Assembly: GCA_946614435.1 (NCBI GenBank)
Contig: CAMOGW010000005.1
Location: forward strand, 23,147-87,146
DNA length: 64,000 bases
Direction of reading: 5' to 3'
Source: an uncultured Prevotella sp.
GTDB taxonomy: Bacteria > Bacteroidota > Bacteroidia > Bacteroidales > Bacteroidaceae
The notes beneath the pieces were generated by a model, which saw only the letters and a program-made list of their open reading frames with translations, was not told the origin of the DNA and ran no database searches. How positions within the stretch are numbered: the stretch's first letter is position 1; the number at the start of each line of letters is the position of its first letter. The translations under genes were made by a program, and so were the position numbers. This document shows positions 10,664 through 20,962 of this stretch, one piece after another.

Positions 10664-10855
10664 AAAAATGTATCTTATAACGTTATAAAAAGATAGTGTA
10701 CAATTACTCGCATGCAAAGGTACAAAAAAAGTAATTATACGATATAAATAAAGTGGAAAATTTTTCTTTTCCACCTTATTTTACATTATATAAGTCAAGT
10801 GTCGTCGCCCGTTGTCGGTGTCAAAGTGTCTTCAACTTGACGAAAACTGCCCCCC

Positions 10856-11263
10856 TTATTTGTGCTTTTTGTAATAGTCGAGTCCCAGTTTCACGTTTTC
10901 TTTCACGGCATCCGAAGAGAAGGTGGCGCCTGTAATGCCATCTACTTGCAGCTTCTGTGCATCGTTCACCTTCAGTCCGTTCCATTTGTCGAGCAGTCCT
11001 TTCTTTACCTTTATGAAGTATTTCGGCGTTTCCTGATTTTTCAGGGCTTCAATCTTCACCACTTTGTTCTTTTTGACGTAAATCTTCAGAGGCGTTGTGC
11101 TCACGTAGCCAGTCACGTTCTTGCCCAGCGTGGTTGTATTGATCACGTACATGCTGTTTTCTTTGGTCATCACTTCATCGCTTTGTGGAGCTGCGCTCAG
11201 TAGTGTTGCTGTTGCAGCGATGAGAGCCATACAGCTCAGGGCGGTTACAATCTTTTTCTTCAT
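10856..11263 (-). CDS. Secreted FMN-binding domain protein
   Basis: Signal peptide; ETP.Y; VDGITGATFSS flavinylation-type motif. Confidence 0.85.
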   Translation of the reverse strand: MKKKIVTALSCMALIAATATLLSAAPQSDEVMTKENSMYVINTTTLGKNVTGYVSTTPLKIYVKKNKVVKIEALKNQETPKYFIKVKKGLLDKWNGLKVNDAQKLQVDGITGATFSSDAVKENVKLGLDYYKKHK

Positions 11264-11333
11264 TTCTGATATTTCTGTTTTGAAAATTCTTTATGTGAAT
11301 GTTATTTGTTTGATGCTTTTTATGTCGAATGGT

Positions 11334-12878
11334 TTAATTGAACAGTCCGATACTGAGTCCGGCGCACTTGCTGTCGAGTGAGTTGTTGGTCTTCAGATAG
11401 TCACCGTAGGCTCGTATGAACCAGTGTGAGGTCTTCCCCTTGATTTTTAGGGGGATCTCGTAGGTGAGTTGCAAATGGCCGTGCCAGTAGTTGGCTTGAT
11501 AGTATTCCATATCGGGCAATAGCACGCCTTTTGCATAGTCGGTAGTGGGATCGGATAGGTCGAGTGTGGCATCTTTTGCCCAATGCCTGGTACCCCAAAG
11601 ATCAATCCACAGATGTCGTATGATGCACAATCCTCCTTCCAGCGTGATGTTATTACTTCCGTAGCAGAGTTTCGAATCGGGCAGAAGCCTTTTGTTTTCC
11701 GCCCCGTCCGTTGTGTAGCGCAGTCCGATATAAGCCTGCTGTTGCTGATTTTTCAAGAAACAGGCCCGATAGTGTATGTCAGCATCAAAGATATATGCTT
11801 GATAACGCTTTTTGTAAGTCAGCGAGTTTTCATAAAAATAAGACGTGAAGCCCGTTTCAGCATCAGTCTCTTGGTAAAGTTGCTGACGGTATTCGTCGGC
11901 ATAGCTCTGCTGATAGTTGAAGCTAAGGTCCAACTGATGCAGTACTTTTTTCGTTGTGAGACGATTGCGCAGGCTTACCCCATAGTCATAGTGTACGTAT
12001 CTCCCTGGCTCATACTTGTATTTCTCGTAGGCATTCTCTTCCCCTCGGGCTATGCTGAGTGACAGGAGTGAGTTCCATTTTTGGTTCTTGAAGCCGTAGC
12101 TGAGTTCCCCTCCCAGTATATGGTCCACCCACTCGCGGCTGAAACTGCTATAACCTCCGACGGTGCCCTGGACATTCTCCAATCCCGACATCAAGTAGTA
12201 CTTCAGTGTGGGATCCTGCTGCACGGTGGTCACCCCGATGATTTTCTCTTTCCGGCGGTGATAGTTACCGCTCAGTCCGATGGTGTGCTGCCCGAAGGAG
12301 TAAGTCACGGCAGGTGTCACCTTATAGTCGAGCAGTTGTGAGCGCGAGCGTGGGTCGCGCAGTCGGCTCAAGTCTCCCACGTTATAGTCCAATCGCAGTC
12401 CGAATCGCAGTCCGTTGCCATCTTTCCCGTGACCGAAGAAAGGCATTGTGCCCAGCTTTGCTGTGAAGTCGAAGTCTTGAAAGTCGTACTTGCCGATGAC
12501 GCTACTGCCTGCGAAGTAAGGATTCGCATTGTAGGGGCGCATCACGTCGCACCAAGTGCGATTCTTTGTGCGCCCGTAGTCAAAGTCGAAGCGTCCGTAG
12601 CCATAGAGATATTTGCCCACCTTCTGGTAGCGTTCCGTCTGAAAGCGCAGCTGATTGGTCTGCGTGCCTTCTTGCACACGGGCATAGCTGCCGCTCTGAT
12701 GTTCCACGTTGAAGAGGGCGAAGCCACGGTTGCGCGACGAGTCGATGCCCAGTCCTGCCGGATTGTTTGTCAGTCGCCACAGCTGCGTGGCATCGTCATA
12801 TCGGTAGGTGCTTTCCTGTGCTTGCATGGGCATCAGGAATACATATAGTAGTAGGAATATAGGGAATGTCCGTCTCAT
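11334..12878 (-). CDS. Outer-membrane beta-barrel protein (DUF6850-like)
   Basis: Signal peptide, NPAG, R.RDPRS motif, amphipathic strands, aromatic C-terminus; alternative start 12929. Confidence 0.7.
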   Translation of the reverse strand: MRRTFPIFLLLYVFLMPMQAQESTYRYDDATQLWRLTNNPAGLGIDSSRNRGFALFNVEHQSGSYARVQEGTQTNQLRFQTERYQKVGKYLYGYGRFDFDYGRTKNRTWCDVMRPYNANPYFAGSSVIGKYDFQDFDFTAKLGTMPFFGHGKDGNGLRFGLRLDYNVGDLSRLRDPRSRSQLLDYKVTPAVTYSFGQHTIGLSGNYHRRKEKIIGVTTVQQDPTLKYYLMSGLENVQGTVGGYSSFSREWVDHILGGELSYGFKNQKWNSLLSLSIARGEENAYEKYKYEPGRYVHYDYGVSLRNRLTTKKVLHQLDLSFNYQQSYADEYRQQLYQETDAETGFTSYFYENSLTYKKRYQAYIFDADIHYRACFLKNQQQQAYIGLRYTTDGAENKRLLPDSKLCYGSNNITLEGGLCIIRHLWIDLWGTRHWAKDATLDLSDPTTDYAKGVLLPDMEYYQANYWHGHLQLTYEIPLKIKGKTSHWFIRAYGDYLKTNNSLDSKCAGLSIGLFN

Positions 12879-12906
12879 TTTGTCGGTTCTTGTCATCGTT
12901 ATCTGT

Positions 12907-14157
12907 TCAGTTCTCATCATCATACTCACGCGGTTTGATGGTTGTCGATACCTTGAAGTCGTTCGAGCTGTTGTTCGTGTCCGTCAGAATCTTCTGTCCG
13001 TTAGACATCACTTTGGCGGTGCGGCGATAGACCACCTCGCCTGTCCATCCGTTGTAGGCATTGATATGCGTATAGCCTGCATCAATGTCGCTGTAGAGCC
13101 GCTTTGCGCTGAGGTCAATGCCCGTGGGCTTGTTTCTCATGTAATCCACTCCGTCAAGAATCACGCGCTTCGGCACCAGCAGATATAGCTGATTACCCGT
13201 CGTTTTTCCGTAGGCGTATGTCTTCTGCCACGACTTGATGTCCTCGTCGGTCCTGAAGATGATGATGCCGCAGGGGCCGCCTTGCACCAGATTCATCGTT
13301 GCACCGTTGCCTGTAGAAGAGTAGATGCTGAGCAGGGCCGGCGTGTGTGGATTGTTGATGGTGTTGCCTGTCGGGTCCTTTGCCTCGTAGTCGGCATCGC
13401 GCAGGTCCTGCTCCGTTGCGCTCACGTCGCTGTGGTCGGTGGCGCTGTTGGTGAGCACCACGGTCTGTCCGGGCGCTATGGGCTTTGCACCTTCTGGAAT
13501 TTGGAACACCTGTTTCACCAAGACCACCGAGTCGTTGTAGGCATCGTGCAGGTTGGCCAGTGTGAAAGGTTGGGGATTCGTGCTGTCCAGCAGTCCGATG
13601 TAGAGGGCGCTGATGTCCGTCGTGTCGCTTGACTGGTTGTAGAGTTCCATGTACTTGCCTGCCATGTAGTAGCGGTTGTTCTGGTCTTTTGAGCCAGCGC
13701 TGGCAATCTTGCTGATCACGATGTCGCGCTTCACGGTCACGTTGGTGGGCAATGTGATCACGCTTCCCTCGTCCTTGATGAACGTAGAGTTGATGCTGCC
13801 CGACACCGTGCAACTGTTGCCCTGCGGCTTCTCGCCTGTGAGCGATTCATATTCGGCGTCGCTGATGTCCCATGAGGTAGAGAGGTCGTAAACGTCGGGT
13901 ATGAGATGGCTGAATTCCACCATGCCGTTGGCATCGGTCGTAGCCGTCTGGGTGGTGGTGCCGTTGAGGCTCAGATGAACGGTGTGACCTTCAAAGTCGC
14001 TGCCCTTTGTGAATTCAGCTGGCATCTGCAGTTGTACCTTCACGCTGACGGCGGTCGTTGTGTCCGAATAATCTATGCATCCGTTAAATAAGAGTAACGG
14101 GCAGTTAAATAAGAGTAACGAACTGGTAAATGCGATTAGCCTGACAATATGTTTCAT
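12907..14157 (-). CDS. DUF4876-family lipoprotein
   Basis: Lipobox FNGC; Y.ELYN.S, ILDGVD, DAGY, DTNNSSNDF. Confidence 0.78.
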   Translation of the reverse strand: MKHIVRLIAFTSSLLLFNCPLLLFNGCIDYSDTTTAVSVKVQLQMPAEFTKGSDFEGHTVHLSLNGTTTQTATTDANGMVEFSHLIPDVYDLSTSWDISDAEYESLTGEKPQGNSCTVSGSINSTFIKDEGSVITLPTNVTVKRDIVISKIASAGSKDQNNRYYMAGKYMELYNQSSDTTDISALYIGLLDSTNPQPFTLANLHDAYNDSVVLVKQVFQIPEGAKPIAPGQTVVLTNSATDHSDVSATEQDLRDADYEAKDPTGNTINNPHTPALLSIYSSTGNGATMNLVQGGPCGIIIFRTDEDIKSWQKTYAYGKTTGNQLYLLVPKRVILDGVDYMRNKPTGIDLSAKRLYSDIDAGYTHINAYNGWTGEVVYRRTAKVMSNGQKILTDTNNSSNDFKVSTTIKPREYDDEN

Positions 14158-14191
14158 AGTCTTTTTTTGTCGATGATGATTCATTCTCTTG

Positions 14192-16996
14192 TCACAGGTT
14201 CAGGTATAGCTCGGCACCGAAGCTGAAGCCTACGTTGCGTTGCGACAGCGTGTTGGTGTTGTTGCCTTTCAGAAAAGGCTCGTAGTAGAGCGCATTGTTC
14301 ACGTAGAACGACAGTCCGCCTATCTTGCCCAGTTCCTTGGTGAGGCGTGCCTGCAGGTTCCATGTGATGGGCGACTTTGAGGGCTCGTTGTCGCTCACCT
14401 TGACCATCATGTCCTTCACGGCCACATAGCTGGCGGGTCTGCCTGCTGCTTCGGCAGCCGATTGGGGTAGGGTGGCATAGTAGGCAGCGTGGTTGGTCAT
14501 CCGGCCTCCCTCTTCGGTGAAAGTATTGTCGAAGTAGATGTAGCCGTCCATCTGGTCGGGCGTGAGCTCATGTCGGTTCAGCTGATTGTCAATCCAGGCG
14601 ATGGGGGCTTTGTCGGCGGTATAGCTTTCGTTCCAGTTGTGCCAGATGGCCTGTGCCGTGAGCGAGGCCACCATGCGCAGCTCTGGAATGTGGGTCACCG
14701 TGCGCAGGGTGGTCACCAGTCGGCGATACTTTGTATAGTCCTCGCCCGAGGGATAGACCACTTTGAAGGGTGTGAGCCCGTTGCCCGAGTATGAGCTGGG
14801 AATCAGGGCCGCCTTCACCGAGCTGCTGTTCATGTCGGTGCTCCACGTCTTAGTCTCCTGCCATGCACCGCTCAGCAGGAACTGTGTGCGCAGTGGCTTC
14901 ACCGTGCCGAAGTCCATGTCGGCCTCGATGCCTCGGTTCACGGTGGTATTGGTGTTACCAATCTCGCCTGTGGTCATGAACACCACGTCCTGCCGCATGG
15001 CACCGGCGCTGGCGGCCTCGGCAATCGTGGGATGGGCGAGGTCGAGCAGGTAGAAGTTCGAGGTGTAGGTCAGAAAGTCGGTCACGGGGCCGAACCCGTT
15101 CGGTGTCTTGTCGCGATAGGCCAGCAGCGACAGTTTGCGCCCGTTAGGCAGTTTGAAGTCCAGTCCGGCCTCTATCTTCGTGGTGGTAGCGTTCTTCATG
15201 TTCTTCGAGTAGGCCACCTCATACACCTGCGTGTGATAGTTCAGCACCTGTTGACTGCCGTCTTGCGGCATGTAGTTGGCTGCCACGCGGTCGGCATATT
15301 TCTTGTCGGGATAGAGGTGGTTCAGTCCGGGTGTCTTCGAGTTCATGCCGATGCCGCCGCGCACGTCGAGCCACTTGGTGAGCGAGAACGACAGATTCAG
15401 TCGGGGCGACAGGGCAGTCGTTGCCACGTTCGAGAACGGCTGCATGGCGGTGAAGCGCAGTCCGGCAGTGGCGCGCAGGCGGTTCACCTTGTTCAGGTTC
15501 CACGTGAACTGATCCTCGGCGTAGGCTGCAATCTGGTGCAGTCCGGGAATGTCGTTGAACGCACGCGGGCGACCGTCGCTGTTAGGGCGCAGGGGGCGCG
15601 TCTCGTCGGCATTGTAGTAGCCGCGTCCGCTGTTCCAGTCGAAGTGATAGTCGGCTCCCACCTTAAAGCTCTGTCGCGTCTTGCCCCATCTGAAGTAGAA
15701 CTGGTCGCTCACCTTGGCATACACGTTGCCCGGGCGGCCTTCGGTCTTGCCAGTGGCCAGATAGGAACGGGTCTCGAAAGGCACGTCGTAGTAGCCCGTC
15801 TCGCGTGCGGTGAGAATGGGCAGCAGGCCCGAACTCACACTTGCAAACGACGACGTGGTCGCGTCGGTGCGCACGAGGCTCACGCCTATAGTATAAGATA
15901 ATGTACGCGCGAAGAGCTTGTCCAGCTGTATGCGCCCGTTATGAGTCAGCGCGAAGTTCTGGTTCCTGTTTTGCGAGTATGTGCCGTCGGCTTGTGCGTC
16001 GGGGTCGTTGCCGGTCCAGTCTTTGGCCTGCATGTAGCGCAGCTTCGTGTTCGTGTGCCACTTGCGGCTGATGTCGAAAGCCCAGCCCACACTGGCCGTA
16101 TAGCGATGGAACGAGCGTGTCTTCATGCGAGGGTCGCCCCATGCCTGGGCATAGTCCAGACTGGCGTTGATGATGCCAGCCTTGCCCAGCCTTTGTCCCT
16201 TGCCTAATGAGAAGTTCATGAGGCCCGGATTGATCTTGGCCTTGAACTGCCACGGAGTGACACCCACTTTCGAGTGTACCACGACCAGTCCGCTACTCAG
16301 GTCGCCATATTCGGCTGAGGGAATGCCGCGCACCACTTCCACCTCGTCTATGTCGTCGGCTGCCACCTGTCGCAGGTCGGTACCTGTGAAGGCAGTTGTC
16401 GAGAAAGTGCCTTGCGTCACGGCACCGTTGTTCGACATCGGCACGCCATCGACCACGATGCTGGCACCGAAAGCCGATGTGTTGTTGTTCACCAGTTGGC
16501 GTAGTTGCAGGTTGGAGGCCGAGGTGAGGTCGCTGTTGCCCATCAGGTGGCCGGGTATGAGCTGCATCACGTCGGCCAGCGACGTGGCTTGCAGGTGGTC
16601 TATGGCCTGTCGGCCAATGATGCTGGAGGTCGATGAGCCGCTGGCGTTTTGGCGGGCAGTGACGGTGACGCCCTTCAGGGCCAGCGATGAGGGCACCATC
16701 GCAAACTTCAGTTCTTTGTCGCCTTCCACCTTCACGCGGGCATTGATGGTCTCAAAGCCCACATAACTTATCTGTAGCATGTAGTCGCCTGCCGGCACGT
16801 TCTGCATGGTGGCTTTTCCGTTCATGTCGGTCACGGTCATGATGCCGGCGGGCTGGAGCTTCAGCGTGGCCATCATCACGGGCTCGTGTCCGTGGCGTTC
16901 GTTCACGCTGATGTTGAGTGTGTAGCCGCTCTTCTGTGCTACGGCCAGCAGGGGCAGCAGCAAGAGCGGCAATAACAGTCTGAGTCGGTTGCGCAT
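14192..16996 (-). CDS. TonB-dependent receptor with N-terminal carboxypeptidase-regulatory-like domain
   Basis: ISYVGF, plug with VDGVP and VEVVRGIPSAEYGD, C-terminal FGAELYLNL. Confidence 0.92.
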   Translation of the reverse strand: MRNRLRLLLPLLLLPLLAVAQKSGYTLNISVNERHGHEPVMMATLKLQPAGIMTVTDMNGKATMQNVPAGDYMLQISYVGFETINARVKVEGDKELKFAMVPSSLALKGVTVTARQNASGSSTSSIIGRQAIDHLQATSLADVMQLIPGHLMGNSDLTSASNLQLRQLVNNNTSAFGASIVVDGVPMSNNGAVTQGTFSTTAFTGTDLRQVAADDIDEVEVVRGIPSAEYGDLSSGLVVVHSKVGVTPWQFKAKINPGLMNFSLGKGQRLGKAGIINASLDYAQAWGDPRMKTRSFHRYTASVGWAFDISRKWHTNTKLRYMQAKDWTGNDPDAQADGTYSQNRNQNFALTHNGRIQLDKLFARTLSYTIGVSLVRTDATTSSFASVSSGLLPILTARETGYYDVPFETRSYLATGKTEGRPGNVYAKVSDQFYFRWGKTRQSFKVGADYHFDWNSGRGYYNADETRPLRPNSDGRPRAFNDIPGLHQIAAYAEDQFTWNLNKVNRLRATAGLRFTAMQPFSNVATTALSPRLNLSFSLTKWLDVRGGIGMNSKTPGLNHLYPDKKYADRVAANYMPQDGSQQVLNYHTQVYEVAYSKNMKNATTTKIEAGLDFKLPNGRKLSLLAYRDKTPNGFGPVTDFLTYTSNFYLLDLAHPTIAEAASAGAMRQDVVFMTTGEIGNTNTTVNRGIEADMDFGTVKPLRTQFLLSGAWQETKTWSTDMNSSSVKAALIPSSYSGNGLTPFKVVYPSGEDYTKYRRLVTTLRTVTHIPELRMVASLTAQAIWHNWNESYTADKAPIAWIDNQLNRHELTPDQMDGYIYFDNTFTEEGGRMTNHAAYYATLPQSAAEAAGRPASYVAVKDMMVKVSDNEPSKSPITWNLQARLTKELGKIGGLSFYVNNALYYEPFLKGNNTNTLSQRNVGFSFGAELYLNL

Positions 16997-17012
16997 AGAG
17001 TAGTGGTTCTTC

Positions 17013-17801
17013 TTATTGTTTGTCGCAGTTCTCCTTGCCTGCTTCCTGTTTCTCCTTGCACTGGTGGGCTGGGGGCACTACGGCCTCAATGCCTTCTTCT
17101 TTCAGGGCTTCCTGCAGTCGCTCCTCAGAAGTCTCGGTGTTCAAGTAAGTGATGGCCAGCGAGCCTCGGCGGGCATTCACGTTCGCATCATCCACTCCGT
17201 CAATGGCCAGGGCTATCTCTGTGGTCTCCTCAGTGGCTTTCTCGGCAGGAATGTTGAAGTAGGCAAAGCTGATGTTCTTGCTGGTGTAGTAGTTCACGGG
17301 CGTGAACCCCATGCCCTGCAGAATCTGCCGGATATTGGCTTTCGTGGTCTTGTTGGCATCGTAGCGCACGAACACGTAGTGCTTATCTACATGGGGCGCA
17401 ATGCTGTCGATGCCCTCAGCCTGCTGCAGTCGCTTCACAATGCGGTTGGCACAGTTCTGGCAGTGCATGTCGGCCATCTGTAGTCCCATGCCGCGCCTGA
17501 TCACCTCGTTCTTGTCGTAAGGGCTTGACTTGTAACGACCTGTAGCGGCCAGACGGGCCTTGAGCGTGTCGGCGCTCACTTTCTGGGCATCATACTCTAT
17601 GGCTACGGTGCGCTTCTCCAGGTCGAAGCTCAGGTGGCCCACTGCCTTGTCTTTCTTCAGCAGCGTGCCCACCTTGTGGGCGCACTCCTCGCAGCGCATA
17701 CCTTTGATGCGCACGGTGAGCGTGTCGGTGACGTTTGTTGCGTGGGCCATGACGATTCCGCTGAGGGCAAAAGCCATGCAAAAGAGGAATATTTTCTTCA
17801 T
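17013..17801 (-). CDS. Exported heavy-metal-associated (HMA) repeat protein
   Basis: Signal peptide; GMRCEEC and DMHCQNC CxxC HMA motifs plus a third degenerate HMA fold. Confidence 0.85.
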   Translation of the reverse strand: MKKIFLFCMAFALSGIVMAHATNVTDTLTVRIKGMRCEECAHKVGTLLKKDKAVGHLSFDLEKRTVAIEYDAQKVSADTLKARLAATGRYKSSPYDKNEVIRRGMGLQMADMHCQNCANRIVKRLQQAEGIDSIAPHVDKHYVFVRYDANKTTKANIRQILQGMGFTPVNYYTSKNISFAYFNIPAEKATEETTEIALAIDGVDDANVNARRGSLAITYLNTETSEERLQEALKEEGIEAVVPPAHQCKEKQEAGKENCDKQ

Positions 17802-17831
17802 AATTATAGACTGTTGTTTGAATTTTGCGCG

Positions 17832-17839
17832 CAAAGTTA
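17832..17839 (-). promoter_or_regulatory. -7 promoter element for the HMA-TBDR operon
   Basis: TAACTTTG on the minus strand ~30 bp above ATG 17801; divergent TAACTTTG at 17971. Confidence 0.6.
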
Positions 17840-18042
17840 CGAATAAAAATTTTTTTATGCAATAGCAAATTGTCGGTATATGTGGAGCAAATGTTGCATA
17901 AATATATTAAAATGTTCGGGTTCAATAATAAAAAGACGTGATTTCAAAGCTTTTTATGGTAAAAAAGTATTAACTTTGCAGCCCGAATCCGAAAATATTG
18001 TGTTTGATACAATAATTAAACAATTAAAATACAGAATTCGAC

Positions 18043-19548
18043 ATGTTTAAAAACTTTCATGGCTACAGCCTTTTGGAGACCTATCACAAGATGCGGCATG
18101 CCCAAAAGGAACATCCTACCACGATTCACAAAAAACTTCTTCAGGGTATCTTCGTTGCAGGCGTTACGCTCCTCATCTGGAACCTGCCTATCACAGCGTT
18201 TGGCATTGATGGACTGAACATCGTTCAGCAGCGCATCATTGCCATTTTTGCTTTTGCCACGCTCATGTGGATCATGGAGGTGGTGCCCTCGTGGGCAACG
18301 AGCGTATCAATTATCGGGCTCATGCTGGTCTTCACCACCGATAGCGGCATTAAGTGGATGTGCAATCCCGACGAGGTGGGCCAGCTCCTCAGCTACAAGG
18401 CGGTGATGGCCACGTTTGCCGACCCAGTCATCATGCTTTTCATCGGCGGCTTCATCCTCGCCATTGCGGCCACGAAGACCGGACTCGATGCACAGTTGGC
18501 CAAGGTCATGCTCAAGCCCTTTGGCAACAAGAGCGAGAACGTGCTGCTGGGCTTCCTGCTCATCACGGGCCTCTTCTCCATGTTCGTGAGCAACACAGCT
18601 ACGGCTGCCATGATGCTCACGTTCCTTACGCCGGTGTTCAAGCAGCTACCTCCCGAAGGCAAAGGCCGCATCGCTATGGCACTCTCCATCCCCGTGGCTG
18701 CCAACCTGGGCGGCATGGGAACACCCATCGGCACACCTCCCAACACTATCGCCATGAAGTATCTGAACGATCCCGAGGGGCTGAACCTCGGACTGGGCTT
18801 CGGACAGTGGATGATGTTCATGCTGCCGCTCGTGGCACTGTTGCTCTTCATCAGCTGGATGCTGCTCAAGACCATCTTCCCCTTCTCGCAGAAGACGGTG
18901 GAACTGAAGATTGAAGGCGGCATGAAGAAGGAACCGCGCACTTATATCGTGATCATCACTTTCTTCGTGACGGTGCTGCTCTGGCTGCTCGATACCGTCA
19001 CAGGCATCAACTCCTACACCGTGGCGCTCATCCCTTTCATGGTGTTCGCGCTCACTGGGGTCATCACCCGTGCCGACTTAGAGGAAATCAACTGGTCTGT
19101 CATCTGGATGGTGGCCGGCGGCTTTGCCTTGGGCTACGGCCTGAATGCCTCAGGACTGGCAGCACTCGCCGTGCAGAGCATTCCCTTTGGCCAGTTCTCG
19201 CCACTGCTCATCCTGTTGCTCTCAGGACTCATCTGCTACGGGCTGTCCAACTTCATCTCCAACTCAGCCACCGCCGCACTGCTCATGCCTATCCTGGCTG
19301 TGGTCTGCGCAGCTATGGGCGACAAGCTCAATGCCATCGGCGGCACGCCCACCGTGCTCATAGGCGTGGCTGTTGCTGCCTCGAGCGCAATGGTGCTGCC
19401 CATCTCTACGCCTCCTAACGCGCTGGCTTATGCCACCAATCTGGTGCATCAGAATCAGATGGCCAAGATTGGTCTCATCGTGGGCATCATCTCAATGGTG
19501 CTGGGCTACACGTTGCTCTACTTCATGGGAACATTGCATGTGATTTAA
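18043..19548 (+). CDS. SLC13/DASS family divalent anion:Na+ symporter
   Basis: Two SNT-type motifs (VSNTATA, ISNSATA), GTPPN and STPPNA. Confidence 0.92.
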   Translation: MFKNFHGYSLLETYHKMRHAQKEHPTTIHKKLLQGIFVAGVTLLIWNLPITAFGIDGLNIVQQRIIAIFAFATLMWIMEVVPSWATSVSIIGLMLVFTTDSGIKWMCNPDEVGQLLSYKAVMATFADPVIMLFIGGFILAIAATKTGLDAQLAKVMLKPFGNKSENVLLGFLLITGLFSMFVSNTATAAMMLTFLTPVFKQLPPEGKGRIAMALSIPVAANLGGMGTPIGTPPNTIAMKYLNDPEGLNLGLGFGQWMMFMLPLVALLLFISWMLLKTIFPFSQKTVELKIEGGMKKEPRTYIVIITFFVTVLLWLLDTVTGINSYTVALIPFMVFALTGVITRADLEEINWSVIWMVAGGFALGYGLNASGLAALAVQSIPFGQFSPLLILLLSGLICYGLSNFISNSATAALLMPILAVVCAAMGDKLNAIGGTPTVLIGVAVAASSAMVLPISTPPNALAYATNLVHQNQMAKIGLIVGIISMVLGYTLLYFMGTLHVI

Positions 19549-19563
19549 TTCAGAATCGGGAGA

Positions 19564-20043
19564 ATGACTATTTCCATGATTGCATCCGTGGCCCGCAACA
19601 GGGCCATCGGCTTTCAGAACAAGCTCATCTACTGGCTGCCAAACGACCTGAAGCGCTTCAAGCAGCTCACCACTGGCCACACCATCCTCATGGGGCGCCA
19701 TACATTCGAGAGTCTGCCCAAGGGAGCACTGCCCAACCGCCGCAACTGCGTGCTCACCACGAGCACGGCATCACTGCCCGGCTGCGAGTGCTTCCGCACA
19801 TGGGATGACTTCATTGCCACCTGTCACCCCGACGAGCATATATATATAATAGGTGGGGCGAGCCTCTACCGCCAGCTCATCGGCAAGGCCGACCGCCTGT
19901 GTCTCACTGAGATAGACGACACCCCTGCTGAGGCCGACACCTTCTTCCCCGACTACAGTGACTGGAAAGAAGTAGCCCGCGAGGCGCATCCTTCCGACGA
20001 GCGACATGCGCAGCGCTATGCCTTCGTTGATTACGAACGGTGA
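19564..20043 (+). CDS. folA: Dihydrofolate reductase
   Basis: AIG, DLKRFK, MGRHTFES, LPNRRN, IIGG, DTFFP. Confidence 0.96.
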   Translation: MTISMIASVARNRAIGFQNKLIYWLPNDLKRFKQLTTGHTILMGRHTFESLPKGALPNRRNCVLTTSTASLPGCECFRTWDDFIATCHPDEHIYIIGGASLYRQLIGKADRLCLTEIDDTPAEADTFFPDYSDWKEVAREAHPSDERHAQRYAFVDYER

Positions 20044-20066
20044 TCACGTCATTTTGCATAGAAATA

Positions 20067-20104
20067 AAAGATACGTCAATGCCACCACGCATTGACGTAT
20101 CTTT
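20067..20104. terminator. Bidirectional intrinsic terminator between convergent folA and thyA
   Basis: Perfect 16-bp stem aaagatacgtcaatgc/gcattgacgtatcttt with a 6-nt loop. Confidence 0.8.
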
Positions 20105-20125
20105 ATGATGAAGAGTATCGACTGG

Positions 20126-20941
20126 CTATACGCTGACCTCGGCCTTGATGTGCGGCCACGGGTCGTAGTTTTCCAACTGGAAATCCTCGTATTGGAAAGA
20201 GAAGAGGTCTTTCACATCGGAATTGATGCGCATTGTGGGGAGGGGACGGGGCTCACGTGTGAGCTGCAATCGGGCCTGCTCCAAGTGGTTCAGGTAGAGA
20301 TGGGTGTCGCCAGTGGTATGGACAAAGTCGCCTGGCTTCATGTCGCATACCTGCGCCATCATCATGCAGAGCAGGGCATAGCTGGCAATGTTGAACGGAA
20401 CGCCGAGGAATGTGTCGGCGGAGCGCTGATAGAGCTGTAGGGAGAGTCGGGGCTTGTCGCCCTCTTCCTTTGGCGGAGCCACATAGAACTGGAACATGGT
20501 GTGGCAGGGGGGCAGGGCCATCTTGTTTACCTCAGCCACGTTCCAAGCCGAGACGAGCATGCGGCGTGAGTTGGGATTGTTCTTCAGTTGGTCGAGGATG
20601 ATCTTTATCTGGTCGATGGAGCCTCCGTCGTAGTCGGGCCATGAGCGCCACTGGTGTCCATAGACGGGGCCAAGCTCGCCATTCTCGTCGGCCCATTCGT
20701 TCCAGATGCGCACGCCGTGCTCTTGCAAGTAGCGCACGTTCGTGTCGCCCTGCAGGAACCACAACAGTTCGTAGATGATGCTCTTCAGATGGAGTTTCTT
20801 CGTGGTGAGCAGCGGAAAGCCTTCTTCCAGATTGAAGCGCATCTGATGGCCAAACACGCTCAGTGTGCCTGTACCTGTGCGATCGCCTTTCTCCACGCCT
20901 TCGCGGAGGATGCGGTCAAGTAGGTCTAAGTATTGTTTCAT
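20126..20941 (-). CDS. thyA: Thymidylate synthase
   Basis: [25 protein letters not shown]. Confidence 0.98.
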   Translation of the reverse strand: MKQYLDLLDRILREGVEKGDRTGTGTLSVFGHQMRFNLEEGFPLLTTKKLHLKSIIYELLWFLQGDTNVRYLQEHGVRIWNEWADENGELGPVYGHQWRSWPDYDGGSIDQIKIILDQLKNNPNSRRMLVSAWNVAEVNKMALPPCHTMFQFYVAPPKEEGDKPRLSLQLYQRSADTFLGVPFNIASYALLCMMMAQVCDMKPGDFVHTTGDTHLYLNHLEQARLQLTREPRPLPTMRINSDVKDLFSFQYEDFQLENYDPWPHIKAEVSV

Positions 20942-20962
20942 ATTCTTGATGCGTTTTAGATG

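Noticed and set aside
19564-20941. Convergent folA/thyA as an invertible segment
   Set aside because: No flanking inverted repeats or invertase seen; only a terminator lies between them
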